Shown piece by piece: positions 51,561-62,778 of a stretch of 64,000 bases of DNA. Source of the DNA: an uncultured delta proteobacterium (lineage in GTDB: Bacteria > Desulfobacterota > Desulfobacteria > Desulfobacterales > Desulfatirhabdiaceae); the NCBI GenBank assembly GCA_963789395.1, contig CAWBKP010000012.1, positions 128,001-192,000 of the forward strand, read 5' to 3'. Position numbers and translations under genes: made by a program. Under the pieces are notes generated by a model. It had not been told where the DNA came from, did not search any database, and saw only the letters and a list, made by a program, of their open reading frames with translations. Position 1 is the first letter of the stretch, and every line of letters starts with the position of its first letter.

Positions 51561-52457
51561 ATGCTTGATTTAAAGTCATATTTAACTGATAAACGCTATC
51601 AGGTCAATGCGGCGCTTCATCTGATTCTGGAAGATGCACCTCAGCCAAAGTCCCGCATCGTTGAAGCCATGCGTTACGCGCTGATGTCCGGTGGCAAGCG
51701 TCTGAGACCTGTCCTTTGCCTGGCTGCCTGTGAAACGGTTGGCGGCAATTCAGCGCTGGCATTGCCGATTGCGTGTGCCCTGGAAATGATTCATACGTAT
51801 TCTCTGATTCACGATGATCTGCCGGCAATGGATGACGACACCCTCAGACGGGGAAGGCCTACCTGTCACATTGCCTTTGATGACGCAACAGCTATTCTGG
51901 CCGGAGATGCGCTGCTGACCCTTGCCTTTGAAACCCTCTCATCTGATGAAATTCGAAAGGATATTCCCGCTGAACATCTGCTGGACATCATCACCGTAAT
52001 TTCCGTTGCCGCCGGCTACAAGGGCATGGTCGAAGGACAGATGCGGGATATGCTGTCTGAAAAGCAGGGAGAACTTTTGCTGTCGGAACTGGAAACGCTT
52101 CATTTACTGAAAACCGGAGCGCTGATAGAAGCTTCGGTTTGTTCCGGCGCGCTCACGGGAGGCGGATCGCGCAAGCAGATTGAATCCCTTAAAGTCTATG
52201 CAAAAAACATTGGACTTGCCTTTCAGGTTGCAGATGATATTCTAAATGTCGAAGGAGATCCGTTGATCATGGGAAAGGGGGCCGGTACAGACCGGCATCG
52301 ATCCAAAAGCACCTATCCGTCATTGCTGGGACTGTCCGAATCAAAGAAAACGGCGTCCGGCCTGATTGCTCATGCCATCGAGTCGCTGGCGGATTTTGAC
52401 CGTTCGGCAGATCCCCTTCGCGTCTTAGCCGCATACATCATTCATAGAAATAAATGA
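51561..52457 (+). CDS. ispA: farnesyl/geranyl diphosphate synthase
   Basis: GGKRLRP, SLIHDDLPAMD, KTGAL and FQVADDILN motifs. Confidence 0.95.
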   Translation: MLDLKSYLTDKRYQVNAALHLILEDAPQPKSRIVEAMRYALMSGGKRLRPVLCLAACETVGGNSALALPIACALEMIHTYSLIHDDLPAMDDDTLRRGRPTCHIAFDDATAILAGDALLTLAFETLSSDEIRKDIPAEHLLDIITVISVAAGYKGMVEGQMRDMLSEKQGELLLSELETLHLLKTGALIEASVCSGALTGGGSRKQIESLKVYAKNIGLAFQVADDILNVEGDPLIMGKGAGTDRHRSKSTYPSLLGLSESKKTASGLIAHAIESLADFDRSADPLRVLAAYIIHRNK

Positions 52458-52535
52458 CGGGCGGAAAAACCAGAAAAGCCCCCCTGCCCCTTTATTGATT
52501 AGGCAGGGGGGATCATATTTAAGCAAAGGAAAAAC

Positions 52536-54417
52536 TTGAATTTGGGACTGCTTGATAAAATCATATCACCGCTGGAATTAAAAAAAATCCCCCGATCGGA
52601 TCTGCCGGCTCTGGCAGCGGAGCTTCGTAAAACCATTGTCCAGGTGGTTTCCAAAAACGGGGGGCACCTGGCCTCCAGCCTGGGTGCTGTGGAATTGACC
52701 ATCGCCCTGCATTATGTTTTTGAAGCGCCCAAAGATAAAATCGTCTGGGATGTAGGCCATCAGTCCTATGCGCACAAGCTGTTGACCGGCAGAAAAGATC
52801 AGTTCCATACGCTTCGGCGGCACAACGGGATATCCGGTTTTACCCGTAGAAGCGAGAGCCCGTATGATACATTTTCAGCCGGACACAGCAGCACATCCAT
52901 CTCCGCCAGCCTGGGGATATCCTGCGCCAAACGGTTGAAAAACGACCCGGCAAAAGTCATCGCGGTGATCGGAGACGGATCACTGACAGCCGGCATGGCT
53001 TATGAAGGCCTCAATCAGGCCGGCGATATTCATAAGGATCTCATTGTCATCCTCAATGACAATGAGATGTCCATCAACCAGAATGTGGGGGCGCTTTCCT
53101 CCTTTCTGAGCCGGAAATTTTCCGCCAAGATGCTTCAGGATCTGCGCCGGGAATTCGGTGATTTTTTAAAATCGCTGCCCATGATCGGCGATGATATGTA
53201 TCAGTTTGCCAAACGATCCGAGGACTCATTCAAAACATTCATCACACCCGGCATGCTGTTTGAAGCGTTCAGTTTTGAATATTTCGGCCCCATCAACGGC
53301 CACAAGCTGGATCATCTGATCGATATCCTGAACAACATCAAAATGCTGAAAGAGCCGGTTCTCCTGCATGTCTCCACCACCAAAGGAAAGGGATACCTGC
53401 CGGCGGAAAAAAACCCCATTCATTTTCATGGCGTCGGCTGTTTTGAAATCGAGTCAGGCATCAGCAACGGCAGCAAACCCGCTGCGCCGAGTTATACCGA
53501 AGTATTTGGAAAGGCCATGATCAAGCTGGCTGAAACCAATAAAAAAATTGTGGCGATAACCGCCGCCATGCCCGAAGGAACCGGGCTGATCAAGTTTTCC
53601 GAAGCCTATCCGGACCGATTTTTTGATGTGGGCATTGCCGAACAGCATGGGGTGACCTTTTCCGCGGGAATGGCGACCGAAGGATTCAAGCCGGTTGTTG
53701 CCATTTATTCCACGTTTCTTCAGAGGGCTTATGATCAGATCCTTCATGATGTCTGTCTGGAAGCACTGCCGGTTGTCTTTGCCATTGACCGTGGCGGCAT
53801 TGTCGGAGAGGATGGATCGACCCATCACGGCCTGTTTGATTTTTCTTTCCTGAGAAGCCTTCCCAATATGGTGGTCATGGCCCCGAAAGATGAAAATGAG
53901 CTATGCGCCCTGCTGGCAACCGCCATTGCACATACAGGCCCGGTTGCCCTGCGTTACCCCCGCGGCGCCGGATGGGGCGTGAAAATGGATACCGAGTGGC
54001 CCCTGCTTCCCATCGGCAAGGCCGAAATACTGGCAGAATGGCGGCGATGTGCTGATTATTGCCATCGGCAGACCGGTCGGGGAAGCCATTCAGGCCTGTG
54101 AGACGCTTCTAAAGGAAGGCATATCGGCAACCCTGGTCAATGCCAGGTTTGTCAAACCCCTGGATGCCGGCTTGATCTGCTCCCTTGCCAAAAAAATCCC
54201 GCGCATTATCACCGTTGAAGAAAACGTGCTTCAGGGCGGATTCGGCAGCGCGGTCCTGGAATGTTTGAATGACAATGCCGTAACCGGATATCGCCTGACC
54301 CGTCTGGGAATTCCAGACACGTTTGTTGAGCACGGTCCCCAATCCCTGCTTCGGTCCAAATACGGCATCGACGCGGAGGCGATTGCGCAGGCATCCAGAC
54401 GGCTGCTGACGGTGTAG
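52536..54417 (+). CDS. dxs: 1-deoxy-D-xylulose-5-phosphate synthase (+1 frameshift near 54037)
   Basis: [37 protein letters not shown] and RYPRG; the C-terminal NARFVKPLD is in the next frame. Confidence 0.95.
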
Positions 54418-54419
54418 CC

Positions 54420-55163
54420 GTGGCTGAACCCAAAATGCGGCTGGATCGGCTCATGGTGGAAAAAGGGCTTGCCGCCAGCAGGCAGCGGGCCCAGGCCTTG
54501 ATCATGGCCGGAAATGTACTGGTAAACAGCCAGCCGGTCGAAAAATCCGGGTATTTGATATCAAAAGGCGCTGAAATCACGCTAAAAGGTGAAGTTCTTC
54601 CCTATGTCAGCAGAGGAGGACTCAAGCTGGAAAAGGCTTTGGCGTCGTTTGACGTATCCGTGCAAGGGCTGACCTGCCTGGATGTCGGCGCGTCCACGGG
54701 CGGGTTTACGGATTGCCTGCTTCAGCACGGCGCAGCGCGTGTGTATGCGGTGGATGTCGGTTACGGCCAGCTGGCCTGGCAGCTCAGGCAGGACAGCCGC
54801 GTAACTCTGATTGAGCGGATGAACATCCGGAACATGCCGCTGAACCTGCTGCCAGAACCGGTTGACCTGGTGACGATCGATGTATCCTTCATTTCCCTGA
54901 AAATCGTTGTTCCGGCCGTCGTGAAATTTACCCGTAAACCGGCCCGGATCATCGCATTGATCAAACCCCAGTTCGAGGTTGGAAAAGGCAAGGTTGGCAA
55001 AGGCGGCGTTGTTCGCGATCCGCTGCAGCACGAAAGCGTTATCGATGATCTGAACCGGTTCTTCATGGACACTGGATGGACCAGTGTTGCGGTTGTCCCC
55101 TCCCCTATTCTCGGCCCCAGCGGCAACAGGGAATTTCTCATTTATTTGATTCAAGCAGCCTAG
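54420..55163 (+). CDS. tlyA: TlyA-family rRNA methyltransferase
   Basis: S4 domain, YVSRGGLKL, LDVGASTGGFTD, LIKPQFE and GNREF motifs. Confidence 0.95.
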   Translation: MAEPKMRLDRLMVEKGLAASRQRAQALIMAGNVLVNSQPVEKSGYLISKGAEITLKGEVLPYVSRGGLKLEKALASFDVSVQGLTCLDVGASTGGFTDCLLQHGAARVYAVDVGYGQLAWQLRQDSRVTLIERMNIRNMPLNLLPEPVDLVTIDVSFISLKIVVPAVVKFTRKPARIIALIKPQFEVGKGKVGKGGVVRDPLQHESVIDDLNRFFMDTGWTSVAVVPSPILGPSGNREFLIYLIQAA

Positions 55164-55185
55164 CACCACCCCTGTTTTGCAAGCA

Positions 55186-55338
55186 ATCTACTCATTGGTC
55201 AACCAGAAATGGGAGGAACCGGAGAGCAATGCAAAACCCGCAATTGTAGGCGGACATGAGGAGCCGGATGAGTCGAGAGACTCAAGTTCGAATCTGTGAG
55301 GGCCTGGTGCGGGAGATTCCCCTGGGCTAGGCAAGGGT
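55186..55338 (+). ncRNA. 5'-truncated group II intron fragment (domains IV-VI, ORF-less)
   Basis: Domain V-like GAGCCGGATGAGTCGAGAGACTCAAGTTCGAATCT and a DVI hairpin; close homolog of 63275-63425. Confidence 0.85.
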
Positions 55339-55540
55339 TGACATTTCAAATTTATTACTTCACTATTTCTGAAAGCTGACCTAATTTTTACAGCAATGAA
55401 CCACAAAAATGAAATTGGTTCCACGGATTTCGATATACGGATTTTCCATTCAGACAAAAAGTAGCACAGCGTGAAAACGATTAATCGCGAAAAGGCACTC
55501 TCACTGCCGGGTTGAAGGCGGTGTGCGAGAGTGCCGGATA

Positions 55541-58500
55541 ATGGACAAAATGAAAATCATCTCACTCTCCCCGATGGACTATGATGCAGTTCTGTTCGAT
55601 CTCGACGGGGTTTTGACCAATACGGCAACTGTTCATGCGGCGGCATGGAAAAAACTGTTCGACAATTTTCTCGATCACCGTGCCTCCCAGGCAGGCGAGC
55701 CGTTTGCACCCTTTGATCTCGATACCGATTACCCGCACTATGTTGACGGAAAGCCGCGTTACGACGGTGTGATATCCTTTCTTGCTTCACGCAGGATCGA
55801 ATTGCCTCCGGGTTCTCCCGAAGACGGTCCTGATGTCCAGAGCGTGTGTGCACTGGGCAATCTGAAAGACCAGTATTTTATGCAACATCTGGAGCAGCAC
55901 GGCGTCGAGTCCTATGAGGCCTCCATAGCACTGGTGCGAAAACTCCGTGAGCTGAAAATCAAAACCGCAGTTGTATCCTCCAGCAGCAACTGCTCGGCGG
56001 TGCTTGATTCAGCAGGAATCTCGCAACTTTTCGATACGCGGGTGGATGGGGTGGACATCAGCCGACTCGATATTAAGGGCAAGCCGTCACCGGATTCTTT
56101 TCTGGAGGCGGCACGCCGCCTCGGAGTGGAACCTTCGCGCGTTGTCGTTGTGGAAGATGCCATTGCAGGGGTTGAGGCCGGGCACGCCGGTCGATTCGGC
56201 TGTGTGATCGGCGTCAATCGCAACAGACAAGCGAAGTCATTGCGCGATGCAGGCGCCGATGTCGTAGTAACCGATTTGTCGCAAGTCCGGGTGGCTCTGG
56301 AACCGCCTTCCAAGTGGTCACTTGTGTTTGATAACTTCGACCCTTCAAAGGAGGGTATCCGCGAAGCCTTGTGCGCCTTGGGGAATGGTTATTTTACAAC
56401 GCGCGGCGCCGCAACCTGGGCGATTACTGATAACATCTATTATCCAGGGACTTATCTTGCCGGCGGCTATAATCGGTTGCGAACCGATATTGCCGGACGC
56501 ATGGTCGAGAACGAAGATCTGGTGAATTTCCCCAACTGGTTGGCGCTCGGGTTTCGCATCGCCGATCAGGACTGGTTTGATTTACAGAACGTAAAGCTCC
56601 TGTCGTATCGCCAAGTTCTCGATTTGCGGCGCTGCATGCTGTTGCGACACATCACGTTCGAGGACAGCCAGGGACGGCGCAGCACGCTGAAGGAGCGGCG
56701 CCTGGTATCGATGCACGATATGCATCTGGGTGCCCTGGAATTCACGCTGACCGCCGACAACTGGTCCGCTTGCGTCACGGTGCGTTCGGCAATCGATGGC
56801 CGAGTCGTCAATGCGGGAGCGAAGCTGTACCGCAAATTCAACAACAAACACTTGGAACCGCTGGCAGCCAATGCCCTTGGCGATGACAGCGTGTATCTGC
56901 AGGTACAGACCTCTCAATCGCACATTCATGTTGGACAGGCAGCACGAACGCAAGCGTTCCTCAATGGGCAACTTCTTGAGGTACGACGCCGGGTCGTCGA
57001 AGCCTCTGGATACATCGGACAGGAATTCAAAGTTGATATCAAACAAGGGCAGACCCTGTTGCTGGAGAAGCTGGCCACTTTCTATACCTCTCGCGATCAT
57101 GCCATTTCGGAATGCGGACTGGCAGCGCGCAAGGCTATTGCTCGGGCAGGTCGTTTCGATGCGGCAATGTCGGATCACCTGATGGCCTGGAAACATCTAT
57201 GGCGCCGATTTGACGTGCGAATCCAGCCGGCCGATAACGGATTCAAAATGAACGTTCCGATGCTGCTTCACTTCAATATGTTCCATTTGCTACAGGCCGT
57301 ATCTCCCAACTCCATCGGGCTCGATATCGGTGTGCCTGCCCGGGGCTGGACCGGTGAAGCCTATCAGGGCCATATTTTCTGGGATGAACTGTTCATCTTC
57401 CCGTTTTTCAATTATCGCATGCCTGAAATCGCCCGTTCACTTCTGATGTACCGTTACCGGAGACTGGGCGAAGCGCGTGCCGCTGCGACTGCTGCCGGGT
57501 ATAAGGGAGCAATGTTCCCATGGCAGAGCGGAAGCAATGGCCAGGAGGAGACTCAGGAACTCAATCTGAACCCGCGTTCGCGACGCTGGGTGCCAGACAA
57601 CTCCTACTTGCAGCGCCATGTGGGCAGTGCCGTGGCTTATAATGTTTGGCAGTATTTCCAGGTCACTCATGATATCGAGTTTCTGCATTCCTATGGAGCG
57701 GAACTGATCCTTGATATCGCCTGCTTCTGGTCGAGCATCGCCAGCTTTGATGACGGGCGCGGGCGTTATGAGATCCGCGGTGTAATGGGGCCTGATGAAT
57801 ATCATGACGGCTATCCGGATTCAGCAACTCCTGGCCTGAATAACAACGCCTACACCAATATCATGGCCGTTTGGGTGCTCTGCCGGGCGCTTGAGGTGCT
57901 GGATCTGCTGTCCGAAATACGCCGGTCCGAACTTTCGACACGACTTGGCTTATCGGCAGCGGAAATCCACCGCTGGAGAGATATCAGCCGCAGGATGATT
58001 GTCCCGTTTCATGACAACGGTATCATCAGCCAGTTCGAGGGTTATGAAAATTTATTTGAACTCGACTGGGAGGCCTACCGGGCACGGTATGGCAATATTC
58101 AGCGGCTTGATCTAATCCTCGAGGCGGAAAATAACAGCGCCAACCGTTACAAGCTCTCGAAACAGGCGGATGTGCTGATGCTGTTTTATCTGTTTTCCGC
58201 TGAAGAACTCGGTGAAATATTCGAACGTTTGGGTTATCCATTCCAATATGAGACCATTCCGCGAAACATTGCCTACTATGTCGGTCGTGCGTCCTATGGC
58301 TCCACATTGTGCCGAGTGGCGCACGCCTGGGTTCTGGCGCGCTCCGACAGGAAGAAGCATGCAATGGACTTTTTTTTGGAAGCGCTTCAGAGCGACGTGA
58401 GCGATGTCCAGCACGGCACCACCGCAGAGGGCGTCCATCTCGGTGCAATGGCCGGAACTGTTGATCTGGTGCAGCGAGTATCGACTGGTATCGAAGTTAG

Positions 58501-58735
58501 AGGCAATGTGCTGTGGCTCAATCTGGGATTGCCTCGGGAGATGGAGCGGCTCAATATGCGGATACGCTACCGTAAACATTCGCTTGACCTTCGGCTAACG
58601 CGTGACACGCTCACGGTCCACGGGCGTGAAGGCGCGGCAGACCCGATTTCCCTGGGCTTTGCTGGTAAGGTTTATGAATTTTTCAGCGGAACTGCCCGTG
58701 TGTTTCGACTGAACGATGCTGCCGTGTCAGCCTGA
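55541..58735 (+). CDS. beta-phosphoglucomutase-like HAD domain fused to a glycoside hydrolase family 65 phosphorylase
   Basis: FDLDGVLT, GKPSPD and VEDA (HAD); LGNGYF, GEAYQGHIFWDE, GAMFPWQS, GPDEYH and KQADVLML (GH65). Confidence 0.92.
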   Translation: MDKMKIISLSPMDYDAVLFDLDGVLTNTATVHAAAWKKLFDNFLDHRASQAGEPFAPFDLDTDYPHYVDGKPRYDGVISFLASRRIELPPGSPEDGPDVQSVCALGNLKDQYFMQHLEQHGVESYEASIALVRKLRELKIKTAVVSSSSNCSAVLDSAGISQLFDTRVDGVDISRLDIKGKPSPDSFLEAARRLGVEPSRVVVVEDAIAGVEAGHAGRFGCVIGVNRNRQAKSLRDAGADVVVTDLSQVRVALEPPSKWSLVFDNFDPSKEGIREALCALGNGYFTTRGAATWAITDNIYYPGTYLAGGYNRLRTDIAGRMVENEDLVNFPNWLALGFRIADQDWFDLQNVKLLSYRQVLDLRRCMLLRHITFEDSQGRRSTLKERRLVSMHDMHLGALEFTLTADNWSACVTVRSAIDGRVVNAGAKLYRKFNNKHLEPLAANALGDDSVYLQVQTSQSHIHVGQAARTQAFLNGQLLEVRRRVVEASGYIGQEFKVDIKQGQTLLLEKLATFYTSRDHAISECGLAARKAIARAGRFDAAMSDHLMAWKHLWRRFDVRIQPADNGFKMNVPMLLHFNMFHLLQAVSPNSIGLDIGVPARGWTGEAYQGHIFWDELFIFPFFNYRMPEIARSLLMYRYRRLGEARAAATAAGYKGAMFPWQSGSNGQEETQELNLNPRSRRWVPDNSYLQRHVGSAVAYNVWQYFQVTHDIEFLHSYGAELILDIACFWSSIASFDDGRGRYEIRGVMGPDEYHDGYPDSATPGLNNNAYTNIMAVWVLCRALEVLDLLSEIRRSELSTRLGLSAAEIHRWRDISRRMIVPFHDNGIISQFEGYENLFELDWEAYRARYGNIQRLDLILEAENNSANRYKLSKQADVLMLFYLFSAEELGEIFERLGYPFQYETIPRNIAYYVGRASYGSTLCRVAHAWVLARSDRKKHAMDFFLEALQSDVSDVQHGTTAEGVHLGAMAGTVDLVQRVSTGIEVRGNVLWLNLGLPREMERLNMRIRYRKHSLDLRLTRDTLTVHGREGAADPISLGFAGKVYEFFSGTARVFRLNDAAVSA

Positions 58736-58967
58736 ATGGTTGGTTATTGAAATGCCAGATGGTTCAGAACCTGTCATCTAACTGTCCGTTAAGACCCAAG
58801 CATATCACATTTCGCCTGTATCAATAATGATGGCCGGATTTAACAACATTATGCAAGTATGCATAACTCCGATAAATAAAGAAGATGCGGGTAATGATTA
58901 TTCCTAATAAACTCCTAAGAGAAAGCTGTGCTCAGATTGAAGTGAAAACGGATGGGAGAATTTCGCA

Positions 58968-61128
58968 ATGATCAGCAAGAGTAACCGACCCGGTGATGCT
59001 ACTGAACTACGCAAAGAAGCCGAAGAGATCGCCAAAGAAAAAGCAGCACAATTGGCGGCAGATATAGAGAAACTCACTTCCGAAGAAATTCGGCAGATGC
59101 TCCACGAACTGCAAGTGCATCAGATTGAATTGGAGATGCAGAACGAGGAACTTCGCTTGGCGCAGACGAAACTTGACGCCTCCAGTGCGCGCTATTTCGA
59201 TCTCTACAACCTGGCACCGGTTGGTTATTTCACAGTCAGCGAAAAAGGGCTTATCTTGGAGGCCAATCTTACCGCCGCCACCCTGCTGGGCGTAAACCGG
59301 AAATCGCTGCTCAAGCAGCCGGTCTCACGGTTCATCCACAAAGAAGACCAGGATATTTACTACAAGTACCGCAAGCGGCTCATTAAAACTGGTATGGCGC
59401 AGGAATGCGATCTTCGGATGTTAGAAAATGATGGAACAATACACTGGGCACATCTGGCAGCAACCGTCGTGAATGATGCCGATGGTGCGCTTGTAGGCCG
59501 CATCGTGATGAGCGACATCACCGAGCGCAAGCGGGCAGAGGATGCGCTGAAAGTTTCGGAACTGCGCTTCCGCGCTGTGTCTCGTCTAAGCTCCGATTTC
59601 TCCTATTCATGCCGCCGTTTCGGCGATGGACAGTACGTGGTGGATTGGATTACTAACACTTTTTATGTCCTGACAGGAGTTTCGGAAGCCGAGCTAAAAG
59701 ATCTTCGCTGCTGGATGGCTCTGGCGCATCCTGAGGACCGTGACAGAGCTACCGAACCGTTGCGCCGATTACAACCGGGAGAGAGAGATACGAGGGAGTT
59801 TCGTATCGTGGCAAAAGACGGCCGGATTCTGACAGTCAGAAGCCATATGGAATGCGAAGCAGATCCTGCAGTTTTTGAAGGGTTACCCATCCATGGTGCT
59901 GTGCAAGATATAACTGAGTACAAGAAAATAGCAGCTGAAAATGCTGAGCTTGAATCCCAGAACCGGCAGCTTCAAAAGGCTGAAAGCCTGAGACGCATGG
60001 CCGGGGGCATTGCCCACCATTTCAACAACCAGCTCCATATTGTGATGGGAAGCCTCGAGATGGCCATGTCATGAATCTGCCCTGGGGATCAGGTCCAATT
60101 AAAAACTTGACCGTGGCCATGGAAGCTTCCAGCAAGAGCGGCGGAGATAAGCACCTTGATGTTGACCTATCTTGGTCAGACTCCCGGCAAACACGAACCC
60201 TTGGATCTTTCTGAAACCTGCCGCCGAAGTCTGACCCTGCTTCAGGCCGCAGCCCCGAAAGGGACACTCCTTAAGGCCGATTTCCCCAGTTTGGGCCCGG
60301 TCATCCATGCGAACGCGGGCCAGATACAGCAGATTCTGACCAACCTGGTCACCAATGCCTGGGAGTCCGCTGGCGAGAACCGTCGAGGTATCGGCCTGAC
60401 CGTCAAGACGGTTTCTCAGGCGGACATTCTTGCCTTAAAGCGTTTTCCCGTCGACTGGCAGCCTCGAGACCCTGTCTATGCCTGCCTGGAAGTTGCGGAT
60501 GCGGGCTGCGGCATCGATGAAGAAGATATCGAGAAGATCTTTGACCCGTTTTTCTCCACCAAGTTCACAGGCCGTGGTCTGGGCTTGCCGGTGGTATTAG
60601 GGATTGTGCGCGCTCATCACGGGGTAGTCACGGTGGAGAGCGAACCGGACCGGGGAAGTATTTTTCGGGTTTTTTTCCCGGTGTCGGCTGAAGAAGTTCC
60701 CCGACAGCCGGACAAAGCGGCTCAAACCCCGAAGACGCGAGAGGGCGGTACGGTGCTGGTGGTCGAAGACGAGGAACTCTTACGCTACATGGTCAAGGAG
60801 ATGCTGATGCACTTGGGTTTTACGGTGCTTGAGGCCGGGGACGGCATCGAGGCAGTGGAGGTGTTCCGGCAGCATCAGAATGAGATCTGCTGCGTCCTTT
60901 GCGATTTGACCATGCCGCGCATGGACGGCTGGGAGACGCTGGCAGCCCTTCGCAGCCAGTCGCCCGGGGTTCCGTTTGTCCTTTCCAGCGGATACGACGA
61001 AGCTCAGGTTATGGCAGGGGAACATCCCGAAAGTCCCAATGCCTTTCTTGGGTAAACCATATCAGCTTAAGATGCTTAAAAATACGATAAACCGTGTAAT
61101 AGCTGCAAATTTGAATTGTGAGATTTAG
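58968..61128 (+). CDS. PAS-PAS hybrid sensor histidine kinase with receiver domain (about 3 frameshifts)
   Basis: ELQVHQIELEMQNEEL, PAS/PAC, GGIAHHFNN, NLVTNA, DAGCG, FDPFFSTK, GRGLGL, LVVED and DLTMP; frameshifts near 60070, 60140 and 61050. Confidence 0.9.
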
Positions 61129-61382
61129 GCGTTGATGGTCGAAACGAAATAAGCGTATCCATAATGTGGTATCCCAAACTGAAGTATTCAAAAGTCCATT
61201 TTGTTACGTACATCCGTTAGAATCATTGAGTTTCAAATATGGTTTCTCACTGTTTCCGGAAGATCAACTATTCAAAACTACAAGGATCCAATATTAAAAA
61301 ATTACATCTTCTTTTCCATTGGACACCTCCAGATGAATTATAAATACACTCTTAAAAAAGTGTCTAAAAATTCCCTAACACC

Positions 61383-61553
61383 TCAGCGGCGCCGGACAGG
61401 TTGTTGAGTGTCTTGTTCGGATTCAGCTGAATGGCAGGAATGTATCTCAGCGCCCACTGTCAGAAAATCGTGCCAGCCAGGACCATGAAATGGATGCTGG
61501 CCGCAATCATCATTTTTTCGGCAATCAAATACACCTTGGAATTATTTAGATAA
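61383..61553 (+). pseudogene. C-terminal remnant of a TauE/SafE-family exporter
   Basis: SAAPDRLLSVLFGFS*MAGMYLSAHCQKIVPARTMKWMLAAIIIFSAIKY; internal stop and no N-terminus. Confidence 0.55.
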
Positions 61554-61808
61554 TCCTGCGCGAAGGCCACTTTTGATCGCTTTCAAAAGGACTACCGCGC
61601 GTAGATCCGGGAGGGATCACACAAATTATGATTCTTAGAACCGGCGCGCCATAAGGGCGGCTGTTACAGGAAGCGAAAATGCCGCCATTCATTTGACTTT
61701 CCTTATTCAAATCAATGGGTTTTCAAAATTTTCCGTTCATCCGACTTCACCCTCTCTTTCCTTCAACAGGTTGTACTTGGCGATCCGCATCGGGTGAAAC
61801 CGTGCTGG

Positions 61809-62324
61809 TCAACTTGCCGTTTTTTTGTGGGCGACCATGGGAACGACCAGAACGGGTATGGGGCTGTCCTGAAGAACTTTTCTGGCAATAGAGCCCATAA
61901 GGGTCGATTGAATCAAGCCCAGCCCGCGATTGCCAATTACCAGCATATCATATTGGCCGGTTCCCGCGTAGTGCAGAATACGCTCGACCGCCATGCCCGT
62001 TTCCACCATGACATCCTTTACAATCAGGCTACAGGCCGGAATCTGGTCAGCAGCCTCTGAACAGAACTGTTGGATGCCCGTCCGAATCTGCTTGATCAGA
62101 TCAATCTCGCTTTTTTCCCGAAGTTCTTCCACATCGCGGTATCCGGTAATTGCGAGCACAACCAGTTCGGCATTGGGGGGTAGTTTTTCAAAAACATATA
62201 AAACGCTCATGTCAGCATTGTACGATTCGGCAACGCTTACGGCGTATTCAAAGGCCCGGTTGGCATTGTCCGAAAGGTCGGTGGCAAACAGTATGTGCCG
62301 AATTGCAGGTTTGTTAAAAACCAT
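61809..62324 (-). CDS. universal stress protein
   Basis: ILFATDLS, LVIGNRG, MGSIARKVL and PVLVVP motifs. Confidence 0.93.
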   Translation of the reverse strand: MVFNKPAIRHILFATDLSDNANRAFEYAVSVAESYNADMSVLYVFEKLPPNAELVVLAITGYRDVEELREKSEIDLIKQIRTGIQQFCSEAADQIPACSLIVKDVMVETGMAVERILHYAGTGQYDMLVIGNRGLGLIQSTLMGSIARKVLQDSPIPVLVVPMVAHKKTAS

Positions 62325-62778
62325 TTTATTTTTCTTCCTTCAGAGTTAATTTCAAAGGTCGTGGATCAAACGGAATATTTATAAAATATCAAGGCAAACA
62401 TCAATTAACAAAAAAAGCGCTTTAATATCTTCTTGATTTCCCTAAACCAAGAAATGACGATAATATGTGAACTCTTTTTGAGGTTCGAATACCATACAAA
62501 TGCGACTTTTTCCATGGGTTATATAAAAATAAATAATTTACAATTTAATTCGAGATGTTAGCTTAACCCCCATTTTCATCTATCGTTGTGCTTGTCCCGG
62601 GCATGGGAGATCCTGAGACCATGGTCCATTACCCGATGCGCCAATTTGTTTGACAAGCATGGCAGCATTATCATAGGGTATTTTTGGGTTGATGAAGTCA
62701 ACTGCTGCCGGAGTGACCAGTAGAGTTAATGATAAGTATCCTTAAATATTGCCAGACTCAAGGATATATGCAAGTAGT

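Noticed and set aside
55188..55457. Minus-strand ORFs at 55188-55457, 63012-63347 and 63290-63472 sharing ESLDSSGSSCPP
   Set aside because: These are antisense translations of the conserved intron RNA, not proteins.
61428..61430. In-frame TGA in the TauE remnant as possible selenocysteine
   Set aside because: It appears to align to Gly rather than Cys, in a decayed fragment with no start and no SECIS-like hairpin.
62686..62740. Two small hairpins (GTTGATGAAGTCAAC; CTGCTG...CAGTAG) resembling a fluoride riboswitch
   Set aside because: The required 3' pseudoknot complement (ACTTC) is absent and the gene context does not fit.
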